A stretch of DNA of 64,000 bases from an uncultured Micavibrio sp. (lineage in GTDB: Bacteria; Pseudomonadota; Alphaproteobacteria; Micavibrionales; UBA2020), in assembly GCA_964551435.1 (NCBI GenBank), contig CAZKBS010000009.1, positions 709 to 64,708 of the forward strand, given 5' to 3'. A program made the translations under genes and the position numbers. Below, one piece after another: positions 30,004-39,506 of the stretch. Positions within the stretch are counted from its first letter, which is position 1, and the number at the start of each line of letters is the position of its first letter. Below the pieces are notes generated by a model that was not told the DNA's origin, searched no databases, and was given only the letters and a program-made list of their open reading frames with translations.

Positions 30004-32880
30004 ATGTCTCAACGCAGCGCCCTCAGTTTCCTCTCCGCCGTCGATGGTGATTACATCGCGGGGCTTTACGAGAAATTCCTGCAAAACCCCGCGGCGGTTG
30101 ACGCCAGCTGGGCCGATTTGTTCAAGGATATGGGCGCGGAAGGCAAGGAGCTGATTGCCGAATTGAAAGGCGCCAGCTGGACGCCGTCGCCGGAGAAGCT
30201 CTCCGCCGTGCTGTCGACCGCCGCCAATAACGAAGACGCCGCAAAACCCGCCGCCAAAAAAGGCGATAAAGCCGCCGCGCCTGCTGCTGCTGTGGATGCG
30301 CGCGCCGTGCAGGATGCCATCCGCGCACAGATGCTCATCCGCGGTTACCGCGTGCGCGGGCATTTCCTTGCCAACCTCGACCCGCTGGGCCTGTCGCAAA
30401 AACACCACCATGCGGATCTGGACATCCGTACCTATGGCTTTACCGAAGCCGACCTTGGCCGCGAGATTTTTGTCGATGGCACGTTCGGCGCGCAAAAACT
30501 GACCCTCGCGCAGATCATCGAAAAACTGCAGGCGTCCTACTGCCAGTCGATCGGTCTTGAATATATGCACATTCAGGACCTCGGCCAGCGTCTGTGGCTG
30601 CAGGAGCGTTTCGAACAGCCCCATGCCGGCATCAACTTCACGCCCGCGGAGAAAAAACATTTCCTGCAGCGCCTGACGGCTGCGGAAGGTTTCGAGAAAT
30701 TCCTCGATATGAAATACACCGGCACCAAACGCTTCGGCGTCGAGGGGGGTGAAGCCAGCATTCCCGCCATCGAAGAGGTTATCGCCACCGGCGCGCGCAT
30801 GGGCGTGCGCGAGGTTGTGGTCGCCATGGCGCATCGTGGCCGGCTTAACGTGCTGACCAACGTGATGGGCAAGACGTTTACGGCCATGTTCTCCGAGTTT
30901 CAGGGCACGCCCGCGAAACCGGATGATGTTCAGGGCTCCGGCGACGTCAAATACCACCTCGGCACTTCTTCCGACCGCGATTTCGGCGGCCAGATCGTGC
31001 ATCTGTCGCTGACGCCGAACCCGTCGCATCTTGAATTCGTCGACCCTGTCGCCGTCGGCAAAGTCCGCGCGAAACAGGATATGAGCCGCGATGATGAACG
31101 CCTGTCGGTGATGGCGCTGCTGATCCATGGTGACGCCGCCGTATCTGGTCAGGGCATCGTGCCCGAAACGCTGATGATGTCCGACCTGCCGGGTTACCGC
31201 GTTGGCGGCACCATGCACGTTGTGATCAACAACCAGATCGGCTTTACGACCGCGCCGTCCTATTCGCGCTCCGGCAATTACTGCACGGACGTCGCGAAAA
31301 TGGTGCAGTCGCCGATTTTCCACGTCAACGGCGACGATGTGGATGCCGTAATGCATGCGGCGCGTCTGGCTGTCGAATTCCGCCAGACCTTCAAAAAAGA
31401 CGTGTTCCTCGACATCGTTTGCTATCGCCGTCACGGCCACAACGAGTCTGACGAGCCTGCCTTCACCCAGCCGCAGATGTATAAGGTCATCAAGGGCAAG
31501 AAAACCACTCGCACCCTTTATGCCGAGCAGCTGAACGCCGAAGGCATCTTGACCGCCGAAGAAACCGACCAGATGTACGCCGACTGGAACGCGTATCTGG
31601 AGAAGGAATTCATCGCGGCGACCAGCTATAAACCCAACCGCGCCGATATGCTCGAAGGTCACTGGACAGGCCTCAAGCAGGCGCATGGTGACGAGCGCCG
31701 CGGCGAAACCGCGATCAGCGAAGAGGTCATGCAGAAAATCGGCAAGGCGATTACGTCCGTGCCGGATGGTTTCGACCTCAACAGCAAAATCGCCCGCCAG
31801 CTGGATGCGAAAAAGAAAATGTTCGAAACCGGCGAAGGTTTCGACTGGGCAACGGCCGAGGCGCTGGCCTACGGTTCGCTGGCGCTAGAGGGGCACCCCG
31901 TGCGCCTGTCCGGTCAGGATTGCGGCCGCGGCACGTTCTCGCAGCGGCATGCGGCACTGACCGACCAGACGACCGAACAGCGTTATATCCCCCTTAACAA
32001 CATCGACCCCGCACAGGCGACGTTCGAAGTGCATGACAGCCCGCTCAGCGAAGCGGCTGTTCTGGGCTTTGAATACGGCTATTCCACCGCGAACCCGAAA
32101 TCGCTGGTGCTGTGGGAAGGCCAGTTCGGCGATTTCGTCAACGGTGCGCAGGTCATCATCGACCAGTTCATCGCGTCTGCCGAAACCAAATGGCTGCGCA
32201 TGTCGGGTCTTGTCATGCTGCTGCCGCACGGTTTCGAAGGGCAGGGGCCGGAACACTCCTCGGGCCGTCTGGAGCGTTTCCTCCAGCTCTGCGCCGAAGA
32301 CAACTGGCAGGTGCTCAACTGCTCGACGCCCGCCAACTATTTCCATGCGCTGCGCCGCCAGATGCGCCGCGACTTCCGCAAGCCGCTGGTCATCATGACG
32401 CCGAAATCGCTGCTGCGTCATAAACTGTGCGTATCGCCGGCCAGCATGTTCACGGGCAAGGAAACGTTCCACCGCGTCCTGCACGAAGACAACCCGCTGC
32501 CGGTCAAAGGCATCAAGCGCGTGGTCATTTGCAGCGGCAAGGTTTACTACGACCTGCTCGAAGCGCGCGAAAAAGCGGGCATCACCAACGTTGCGCTGGT
32601 GCGTCTGGAGCAGTTCTACCCCTTCCCCGAAAAACCGCTGGCGGAAGAACTTGCCAAATATCCGAACGCCGATGTGATCTGGTGTCAGGAAGAACCGGAA
32701 AACCAGGGCGGCTGGAACTTCGTCGATCGCCGCATCGAAAAGGCGCTCGCCAGCATCAAGCACAAGGCGGGCAGACCCGTTTATGTCGGACGCCCTGCGG
32801 CGGCGGCGCCTGCCACGGGCTCGCTCAAAACCCACAACAAGGAACAGGAAGCGCTGGTCACGGCCGCGCTGACGGTTTGA
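30004..32880 (+). CDS. sucA: 2-oxoglutarate dehydrogenase E1
   Basis: 958 aa starting at MSQRSALSFL, with typical E1o ThDP-binding regions (the track ORF starts 30 codons upstream). Confidence 0.96.
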   Translation: MSQRSALSFLSAVDGDYIAGLYEKFLQNPAAVDASWADLFKDMGAEGKELIAELKGASWTPSPEKLSAVLSTAANNEDAAKPAAKKGDKAAAPAAAVDARAVQDAIRAQMLIRGYRVRGHFLANLDPLGLSQKHHHADLDIRTYGFTEADLGREIFVDGTFGAQKLTLAQIIEKLQASYCQSIGLEYMHIQDLGQRLWLQERFEQPHAGINFTPAEKKHFLQRLTAAEGFEKFLDMKYTGTKRFGVEGGEASIPAIEEVIATGARMGVREVVVAMAHRGRLNVLTNVMGKTFTAMFSEFQGTPAKPDDVQGSGDVKYHLGTSSDRDFGGQIVHLSLTPNPSHLEFVDPVAVGKVRAKQDMSRDDERLSVMALLIHGDAAVSGQGIVPETLMMSDLPGYRVGGTMHVVINNQIGFTTAPSYSRSGNYCTDVAKMVQSPIFHVNGDDVDAVMHAARLAVEFRQTFKKDVFLDIVCYRRHGHNESDEPAFTQPQMYKVIKGKKTTRTLYAEQLNAEGILTAEETDQMYADWNAYLEKEFIAATSYKPNRADMLEGHWTGLKQAHGDERRGETAISEEVMQKIGKAITSVPDGFDLNSKIARQLDAKKKMFETGEGFDWATAEALAYGSLALEGHPVRLSGQDCGRGTFSQRHAALTDQTTEQRYIPLNNIDPAQATFEVHDSPLSEAAVLGFEYGYSTANPKSLVLWEGQFGDFVNGAQVIIDQFIASAETKWLRMSGLVMLLPHGFEGQGPEHSSGRLERFLQLCAEDNWQVLNCSTPANYFHALRRQMRRDFRKPLVIMTPKSLLRHKLCVSPASMFTGKETFHRVLHEDNPLPVKGIKRVVICSGKVYYDLLEAREKAGITNVALVRLEQFYPFPEKPLAEELAKYPNADVIWCQEEPENQGGWNFVDRRIEKALASIKHKAGRPVYVGRPAAAAPATGSLKTHNKEQEALVTAALTV

Positions 32881-32922
32881 TATACGTTAAGCTTAAGCAC
32901 AGAGAAAAGAAGGTAAATCATC

Positions 32923-34137
32923 ATGGCCACTGAAATCATCGTTCCCGCCCTCGGCGAATCCGTCAAGGAAGCGACTGTTGCGAAATGGCTCAAAAACGTC
33001 GGCGACAGCATCGCCGTTGACGAGCCGCTGGTCGAGCTGGAAACAGACAAGGTGACGCTGGAAGTCAACGCCAAATCCGCGGGCGTTCTGAAGGAAATCA
33101 AAGTCCAGACCGGTGGCAACGTCGAGGTGGGCGCGATCCTCGGTTTCATTACCGAAGGCGGCGCGGCAGCCCCCAAGGCGGATAAAAAAGCCGCCCCCGC
33201 CAAGGCCGAAGCGCCCAAGGCGCAGCAGGCCGCCGCCAAGGCGTCGAACAACGACACCTTCCTGTCGCCCGCGCCGCGTAAAATCGCCGATGATAACGGC
33301 CTCGATGTATCGGGCCTGCAAGGCAGCGGCAAAGACGGCCGCATCACCAAGGGTGACGTGCTCGAAGCGCTGAAAGCGCCGGCAGCAACGCCCGCCGCCA
33401 AGGCACCCGCGCAGGCGTCTGGCCCGCGCGCGAAGGCCGACCGCGAAGAGCGCGTCAAGATGACCCGCCTGCGCCAGCGGATCGCCGAGCGTCTGAAAGA
33501 GGCGCAAAACACCGCCGCGATGCTTACGACCTTTAACGAAGTCGATATGAGCCATATCATCGCGCTGCGCAACCAGTACAAAGACAGCTTTGAAAAGAAA
33601 CACGGCATCAAGCTCGGTTTCATGTCGTTCTTCGTCAAGGCCGCCATTCAGGCGCTGAAAGATTTTCCTGCAGTCAACGCGGAAATCGACGGCACCGATA
33701 TCGTCTACAAAAACTACTACGATATCGGCGTTGCGGTATCGACCCCGACGGGTCTTGTCGTGCCGGTAGTGCGCGATGCGGACGTGAAAGGCTTCGCGTC
33801 GATTGAAAAAGAAATCGGCGATCTTGGCCTGCGCGCGCGTGATGGCAAACTGGGCCTCGACGAGCTGTCGGGTGGTACGTTTACCATTACCAACGGCGGC
33901 GTTTTCGGCTCCCTGCTGTCGACGCCCATCATCAACCCGCCGCAATCGGCCATCCTCGGCATGCACGCGACCAAAGAGCGCGCGGTCGTGGTGAACGGCC
34001 AGGTTGTCGCCCGCCCGATGATGTATATCGCCCTCAGCTATGACCACCGCATTATTGACGGCAAGGAAGCGGTTTCCTTCCTTGTGCGTATCAAGGATGC
34101 TATCGAAGATCCGCAGCGTCTGCTGCTCGACGTTTGA
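32923..34137 (+). CDS. sucB: Dihydrolipoamide succinyltransferase E2
   Basis: Lipoyl domain (ETDKV), an Ala/Pro linker, and catalytic DHRIIDG. Confidence 0.96.
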   Translation: MATEIIVPALGESVKEATVAKWLKNVGDSIAVDEPLVELETDKVTLEVNAKSAGVLKEIKVQTGGNVEVGAILGFITEGGAAAPKADKKAAPAKAEAPKAQQAAAKASNNDTFLSPAPRKIADDNGLDVSGLQGSGKDGRITKGDVLEALKAPAATPAAKAPAQASGPRAKADREERVKMTRLRQRIAERLKEAQNTAAMLTTFNEVDMSHIIALRNQYKDSFEKKHGIKLGFMSFFVKAAIQALKDFPAVNAEIDGTDIVYKNYYDIGVAVSTPTGLVVPVVRDADVKGFASIEKEIGDLGLRARDGKLGLDELSGGTFTITNGGVFGSLLSTPIINPPQSAILGMHATKERAVVVNGQVVARPMMYIALSYDHRIIDGKEAVSFLVRIKDAIEDPQRLLLDV

Positions 34138-34144
34138 TAAGGGA

Positions 34145-34175
34145 GGGGCGCCCGCTTGTGGCGCCCCGCTTTTTT
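34145..34175 (+). terminator. Intrinsic terminator after sucB
   Basis: An 8-bp GC stem GGGGCGCC/GGCGCCCC, a 7-nt loop, then GC + T6. Confidence 0.8.
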
Positions 34176-34176
34176 G

Positions 34177-34959
34177 ATGAAACGCTTGTTTGCCATTTGT
34201 CTGGTGATTTTCTCTGTTGCCGCGGTTTCTCAGGCAGTGGCAAAAAAAGTTGCTGCCGAACCCGCCGTGCCTGCGGCGGCGCAGAATGCGGCAGGAGATT
34301 ACGTGGTTCTGATGCATGGTATCGGGCGCAGCCCTGCAGCCATGCGTAAGATGGAAACGGATCTGCGCCGTCGTGGCTATGCGGTTTTGAACCTCGGCTA
34401 TGACTCGCGGAAATATGACCTTGATACGCTTGCGGCGCGCATGCAGCCCGATGTCGAAGCCTTTGCCGCCGATAAAGGCCGCAAGCTGCATTTCGTCGGG
34501 CATTCTATGGGTGCGCTGGTTATTCGTACCTATCTGCAGAAGTACAAGCCGGAAAATCTGGGCCGCGTGGTTGCGCTCGGCAGTCCGAACGGCGGCAGCG
34601 AAGTGGCAGATTTTCTCAATAAAACGGGGATTTTTCAAAAAATATATGGCCCCGCGGGCCAGCAGCTGCGCACGTCCTACGAAATCTATAAAACCTTCGG
34701 CAAGCCGTTTTATGATATCGGCGTGATTGCGGGTGACCGCACGATTGATCCCATTTCATCCATCATCATTCCCGGCGATGACGATGGCAAGGTGTCGATT
34801 GCCAGCACGCATATTGCCGGTGAAAAAGACCATATTGTGCTGCATGCCAACCATGCCACCATGCCGTCGAATGCGGCGGTGGTGATTGAAACCGCGCATT
34901 TCCTCAAATACGGGTTTTTCAAGCGGGACGGGGTGAAAAAAGAAAATCATGCTCCTTGA
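34177..34959 (+). CDS. Exported alpha/beta hydrolase (lipase/esterase-like)
   Basis: Signal peptide MKRLFAICLVIFSVAAVSQA, HG oxyanion region (VVLMHGIG) and nucleophile elbow GHSMG. Confidence 0.75.
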   Translation: MKRLFAICLVIFSVAAVSQAVAKKVAAEPAVPAAAQNAAGDYVVLMHGIGRSPAAMRKMETDLRRRGYAVLNLGYDSRKYDLDTLAARMQPDVEAFAADKGRKLHFVGHSMGALVIRTYLQKYKPENLGRVVALGSPNGGSEVADFLNKTGIFQKIYGPAGQQLRTSYEIYKTFGKPFYDIGVIAGDRTIDPISSIIIPGDDDGKVSIASTHIAGEKDHIVLHANHATMPSNAAVVIETAHFLKYGFFKRDGVKKENHAP

Positions 34960-35176
34960 ACAATGGATCAGCCGCGACGATGACGTCATGAGCGGCCAGA
35001 CGGTTTTTCGCGGCACGCGCGTACCGGTGGCGGTGCTGTTCGATAATTTGCAGGACGGGATGCGGATGGAGGAAATCCTCGAAGCCTATCCATCCATCCC
35101 CGCCGATGCGGCGGCGGCGGTGCTGTCCTATGCGCTGCGCGTGATCCTTGAGCAAACGGGTGAACAGCAGCCATGA
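34949..35176 (+). CDS. DUF433 protein (antitoxin-like)
   Basis: 75 aa. VMSGQTVFRGTRVPVAVLFDNL...MEEILEAYP matches my recollection of DUF433. It overlaps the hydrolase end by 11 nt. Confidence 0.7.
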   Translation: MLLEQWISRDDDVMSGQTVFRGTRVPVAVLFDNLQDGMRMEEILEAYPSIPADAAAAVLSYALRVILEQTGEQQP

Positions 35177-35577
35177 TAAAAATTCTGGTCGATGAATGCC
35201 TGCCTGTGAAAATGGTCGAATGGCTGCGCGCAGGCGGCTTCGAAGCGCGCAGCGTCGCGCATATGGGCTGGAGCGGCCGCAAGGATGCCGATATTCTGAC
35301 GCTGGCGGAGCGTGAAGGTTTTTCCGTGCTTCTGACCGCCGATGCCAATATGAAAGACCAGCACCGCTTCGAACACCGTGAGCTCGCCGTGCTGGCGCTG
35401 CCTGCCAACCGCCTGCAAACGGTCGAGGGCATCGTGCCGCAGGTTCGTCACTCGCTTAAAAATCTGGCGCCGGGTACGTTTACGGTGATGGATTTTACGG
35501 CAGCGACAGATTGGCGCGCAGCGGCGCCTGCGGGTGAAAACCGGCAGGGCGGCGTGACGTATCACCGCTTTAAATAA
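35173..35577 (+). CDS. DUF5615 / PIN-like (Mut7-C-like) protein (toxin-like)
   Basis: MIKILVDECLP N-terminus with acidic residues spaced as in PIN-like domains. ATGA overlap with the DUF433 gene. Confidence 0.68.
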   Translation: MIKILVDECLPVKMVEWLRAGGFEARSVAHMGWSGRKDADILTLAEREGFSVLLTADANMKDQHRFEHRELAVLALPANRLQTVEGIVPQVRHSLKNLAPGTFTVMDFTAATDWRAAAPAGENRQGGVTYHRFK

Positions 35578-35595
35578 TCAAACTTCGCGTGATTT

Positions 35596-36591
35596 TTAGA
35601 TGCCGAGCGAACCTTGCTTCGGCTTGTCGGGCGCGTTTTTGGGTGCGGGCTTTTCATCCGGCGTGAACTGCGTGGCGCTGACGACTTTCCAGTGCATGTC
35701 CAGAAATACAACGGGGTTGTTTTCATCCAACTCTCGCCGCGCGCGCTGCGCTTCGTGCCAGTGCAGGGACGGGCGGGCGATCAGATGCACAACCTCGCCG
35801 CGCAGGGTCTGGCGGAATTTATCGTCTGTATCGGCACGCTGCAGCATCACGATGCGCTGGCCGGGCTTTTTGAAAATGTTGACGGGGGTGCCGCGCAAAG
35901 CCTTGGTGCGGCCTTCGCGGCTGCCTTCGGTCGCGTTAAAACGGATAAGACGCGGGAAATCGGTGATTTCCTGCACGCTGTGAATGGCATCGGGGCCGTG
36001 CGGTTTGTGCTGGCGCGGCGTCGATTGCATGGTCAGGTACATGTTATTCAGCAGGGTTCTGAATTTGTCTTTGCTGTCGATGATGAAATCTTCGAGCGGC
36101 AGGGTCTTTCCCTGATAGTTCACGCGGGTTTTTGCGCGTGCAGCGTCACCGCCCTTGTCGGTGATGGTTTCGATGTAGCTTAGCATATCCTCGACATTGC
36201 GCGCGCCGACGGCCACGTAATCGCGCACCTCGTTGGTGCTGGACTGGCATACCAGCGCGCCCGCGACACCGTTAAAGTTTTCCATCAGGCGGACGTTGAG
36301 GTTGATAACGATATTCTTGCCTTCGCGTATGGCCTGTTCCAGCGACTTGCGGTGTTTCGCCTGAATGGCGAGTTCTTCGTGCGCGTTGCAATCGGTGATG
36401 TGGTCTTTGACGTTCTTGGAAAAGAAATGCGCGCTTTTCAGGGCGAGGCTGCCATGTGTCAGAGCTTCGCGGCGGAACCCCATATGGGCATTGCAATCGG
36501 GGTCGGCACAGAGAAGGTCGCTGCCGTGCTCTTCTTTTTTATACTGATGCGCCAGAAGAACCTGTCCGTCCGGCAAGCGTGCTTTTTTCAT
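35596..36591 (-). CDS. 331-aa orphan with N-terminal CX4C...HX3C motif
   Basis: Uninterrupted ORF convergent with the TA-like pair. The translation has balanced, protein-like composition. No recognisable catalytic domain and no signal peptide. Confidence 0.6.
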   Translation of the reverse strand: MKKARLPDGQVLLAHQYKKEEHGSDLLCADPDCNAHMGFRREALTHGSLALKSAHFFSKNVKDHITDCNAHEELAIQAKHRKSLEQAIREGKNIVINLNVRLMENFNGVAGALVCQSSTNEVRDYVAVGARNVEDMLSYIETITDKGGDAARAKTRVNYQGKTLPLEDFIIDSKDKFRTLLNNMYLTMQSTPRQHKPHGPDAIHSVQEITDFPRLIRFNATEGSREGRTKALRGTPVNIFKKPGQRIVMLQRADTDDKFRQTLRGEVVHLIARPSLHWHEAQRARRELDENNPVVFLDMHWKVVSATQFTPDEKPAPKNAPDKPKQGSLGI

Positions 36592-36710
36592 GTCAGATGC
36601 CCCCGCAAATGCGCATTTAACATAACAAAAATTCCGGTTTTTGGCAAGGTTTTGTCCCGCCTATGGTGGCCAGATGCCGGAAATAATTGAAATATCTCTA
36701 AAAAAAGTAA

Positions 36711-36745
36711 AAGGGCCGGTGTTACGGACCGGCCCTTTCTTCTTG
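36711..36745. terminator. Orphan perfect 10-bp hairpin (bidirectional terminator-like)
   Basis: AAGGGCCGGT / ACCGGCCCTT with a 7-nt loop. TTTCTTCTT follows on the plus strand and TTACTTTTTTT follows on the minus strand. Confidence 0.65.
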
Positions 36746-36979
36746 AAGACACCCTCTATCAAGAAACTTCTTCGATAGCAAAGGAGATCGCTTGAATCGA
36801 AGATTCCCGAATATCAAAAAACGCCGATTCTGGTCAAGACACTTTCTCAAAAAAATCAATATTTTCACAATAATAACAGGTGGCGGGCAAGCAGCGCGGC
36901 AGGCCATTTGACTCGAAAACGGACGCTGTTTGGCGTACAGTCGGCACAGAAAAACCGCTCAAAAAACAAAGAGGGAAAC

Positions 36980-38386
36980 ATGTCTTCTGAAACTTTCGAC
37001 GTTGTGGTGATTGGCTCCGGCCCCGGCGGCTATGTCTGCGCGATCCGCGCCGCGCAGCTGGGTCTCAAAACCGCCTGCATCGAAAAAGACAACACGCTGG
37101 GCGGTACCTGCCTCAACGTCGGCTGCATACCCTCCAAGGCGCTTCTGAGCGTATCCGAGAAATTTGCACACGCAGAGCATGACTTCGCCGGTCTTGGTAT
37201 TGATGTGGGCAAGCCGAAGCTTGATCTCAAAAAAATGATGACCCACAAAGACAAGGTGGTTGCCGCCAATACGCAGGGCATCAGCTTCCTGTTCAAGAAA
37301 AACAAGGTCACCCATATCGTGGGCACGGGCAGCATCAGCGCCCCCGGCACGGTCGAAGTTAACGGCAAGGACGGCAAGAAAACTATCGGTGCCAAAAATA
37401 TTGTGATTGCGACGGGTTCTGAATCCACGCCGCTGCGCGGGATTGAAGTTGATGAAAAAAATATCGTCACCTCGACCGGCGCGCTGGCGCTCGATAAGGT
37501 GCCGGCCAGCCTTGCCGTGATTGGCGGCGGTGTCATTGGCCTTGAAATGGGCACGGTCTGGCAGCGTCTGGGCGCGAAAGTCACGGTGATCGAATTCCTC
37601 GACCGCGTATTGCCGGGCATGGATGGTGAAGTGTCCAAAGAGATGAAAAAAATCCTCGCCAAACAGGGCATGGAATTCAAGCTGGGCACGAAAGTCACCG
37701 GTGCAGAAACTAAAAAAGGCAAAGTCACCCTGACGCTGGAGCCTGCGAATGGCGGGACGGCGGAAAAGCTGGAAGTCGAAACCGTCCTGCTCGCGATTGG
37801 CCGCCGCCCTTATACGGCGGGCCTCGGTCTTGAAAAAGTCGGCGTCAATGTCGACAACCGCGGCATGGTGCAGATCGACGACCATTTCCAGACCAATGTC
37901 CCCGGCATTTATGCCATCGGCGACGTGGTGCGCGGCCCCATGCTGGCGCATAAAGCCGAAGACGAAGGTGTGGTGCTGGCCGAAATCATCGCTGGCCAGT
38001 CGGGCCATATCAATTACGACTGTATCCCCGGCGTGGTCTATACGGCCCCCGAAGCGGCCAGCGTCGGCAAAACCGAAGAACAGCTGAAAGAAGCGGGTAT
38101 TCCCTACAAAGCGGGCAAGTTCCCCTTCATGGCGAATGGCCGCGCGCGCGCCATGGCGGCGACGGATGGCTTTGTGAAAATCCTCGCCCATGCGGAAACC
38201 GACCGCGTGCTCGGCTGTCACATCGTCGGGCCCGAAGCGGGCACGTTGATTGCCGAAGTTGTCGCGGTGATGGAATTCGGCGGCAGCGCCGAAGACATTG
38301 CGCGCATCTGCCATGCGCACCCGACGCTGAACGAAGTCGTCAAGGAAGCGGCGCTGGCTGTCGATGGCCGCCCGATCCACATCTGA
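36980..38386 (+). CDS. lpdA: Dihydrolipoyl dehydrogenase E3
   Basis: FDVVVIGSGPGGY FAD motif and redox-active GGTCLNVGCIPSK. AGAGGGA RBS precedes it (the track ORF starts 24 codons upstream). Confidence 0.96.
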   Translation: MSSETFDVVVIGSGPGGYVCAIRAAQLGLKTACIEKDNTLGGTCLNVGCIPSKALLSVSEKFAHAEHDFAGLGIDVGKPKLDLKKMMTHKDKVVAANTQGISFLFKKNKVTHIVGTGSISAPGTVEVNGKDGKKTIGAKNIVIATGSESTPLRGIEVDEKNIVTSTGALALDKVPASLAVIGGGVIGLEMGTVWQRLGAKVTVIEFLDRVLPGMDGEVSKEMKKILAKQGMEFKLGTKVTGAETKKGKVTLTLEPANGGTAEKLEVETVLLAIGRRPYTAGLGLEKVGVNVDNRGMVQIDDHFQTNVPGIYAIGDVVRGPMLAHKAEDEGVVLAEIIAGQSGHINYDCIPGVVYTAPEAASVGKTEEQLKEAGIPYKAGKFPFMANGRARAMAATDGFVKILAHAETDRVLGCHIVGPEAGTLIAEVVAVMEFGGSAEDIARICHAHPTLNEVVKEAALAVDGRPIHI

Positions 38387-38973
38387 TGCGCACGCGCCTG
38401 ACAGCGGCGGGTTTGTTTTTGTGCGGGCTGCTGGCCTTTGCGCTGCCCGCATTTGCGCAAACCCTGCAGGCACCGGCGCAGCCGGATCTGAAAGCGCAGG
38501 AAGCAAACAGCCTGTTTGACGGGCTTTGTTTGGCCTATCTGGGGCAGGGCAACAAAATGCTCGAACAGGCCTATAGCATTGGCGCGAAGCCGATGCCGTC
38601 TTTTTTCGCCCAGCAGTTTCTGGGGCAGCACAAGGGCGTGGGGCTTGCCATTCAGGGCCGCGGCAGCCTTTATATGCTCGGCCTGACAGAGCAGCCGTCC
38701 TGCCTGATTGCCTCACCGGAAGCCAATGGCGTCTCCGCGCTGCAAATATTCGGCGCGGGCGCGCGGCGCCTGCTGGTAACGGAAGGTACGGTCGATGGCC
38801 AATATCAGCAGGTATATGCCGTCATTAAACAAGATGCCGTCACGGGGCATCAGAAGAGCATGATTGTGATTGCCACCATTTCGCCGCAAGGTGCGCCGGG
38901 TGTTGTGCTGAACGCGCTGCCCGCGCAAACGGCCGAGGCGATGGGAATTGTGCCGGAGAAATGGCCGGAATAA
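38386..38973 (+). CDS. Exported hypothetical protein
   Basis: Signal peptide ending AFAQ. The ATG overlaps the lpdA TGA by 1 nt (TGATG). No recognised domain. Confidence 0.55.
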   Translation: MRTRLTAAGLFLCGLLAFALPAFAQTLQAPAQPDLKAQEANSLFDGLCLAYLGQGNKMLEQAYSIGAKPMPSFFAQQFLGQHKGVGLAIQGRGSLYMLGLTEQPSCLIASPEANGVSALQIFGAGARRLLVTEGTVDGQYQQVYAVIKQDAVTGHQKSMIVIATISPQGAPGVVLNALPAQTAEAMGIVPEKWPE

Positions 38974-39007
38974 TTTTTGCCCAGTTTCTGCATAAAAGCG
39001 CACGCAT

Positions 39008-39041
39008 AAAAAAGGCCGGCACATCACATGCCGGCCTTTTT
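39008..39041. terminator. Bidirectional intrinsic terminator
   Basis: Stem AGGCCGGCA/TGCCGGCCT flanked by A6 and T5, between convergent genes. Confidence 0.8.
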
Positions 39042-39058
39042 GCTTGCGTCACCTGATA

Positions 39059-39301
39059 TCAGGTTTTGAACGTCGCGACGACTTTGGTGCCGCCAATATT
39101 TTGCGGCATACGCTCAAGCGCGGGGGCGCTGTTGTCTGCGAAGACAAAGCGGATCACAGGTTCGCGGCTGTCGATGTCGCGCGCCATGTTGACGTCAATC
39201 AGGTCGGACGCGAAATCGCGTGCGATGCTTTCGATCTGCTGGGCGACGCGGTTGAAAATGCTATCGAGGTCGCGGTCTGTCCAGCTGTGGGGGGTAGTCA
39301 T
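39059..39301 (-). CDS. 80-aa hypothetical protein
   Basis: GAAGGTG RBS lies before ATG 39301. No signal peptide or known motif. Confidence 0.4.
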   Translation of the reverse strand: MTTPHSWTDRDLDSIFNRVAQQIESIARDFASDLIDVNMARDIDSREPVIRFVFADNSAPALERMPQNIGGTKVVATFKT

Positions 39302-39506
39302 GGTATCACCTTCTTTATTCAGTCTTTTTCTTGTTTTGGTTCGGCTATCCAAAAATACGGCAGTGCGTGATTAAAAAATTGCGGCGCCGCCGCATGGCCG
39401 AAGCGCGGCACTATCTGCCTGTTTTATGGAACTGTCAACACCCTGTTGTAAAAATTCAGGATGGTGTATGTTTTTGTATCGCATTTTCAAACAGTTAAGG
39501 TGAGCC

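Noticed and set aside
29485-34638. 733-aa and 581-aa minus-strand ORFs antisense to sucD/sucA/sucB, plus smaller nested ORFs
   Set aside because: Same artefact signature (Arg/Gly/Ala-rich, no RBS context). The plus-strand genes are textbook TCA enzymes.
36722-36907. 61-aa minus-strand ORF in the lpdA leader
   Set aside because: It has no RBS, ends inside the hairpin, and its sequence has odd composition. Probably non-coding.
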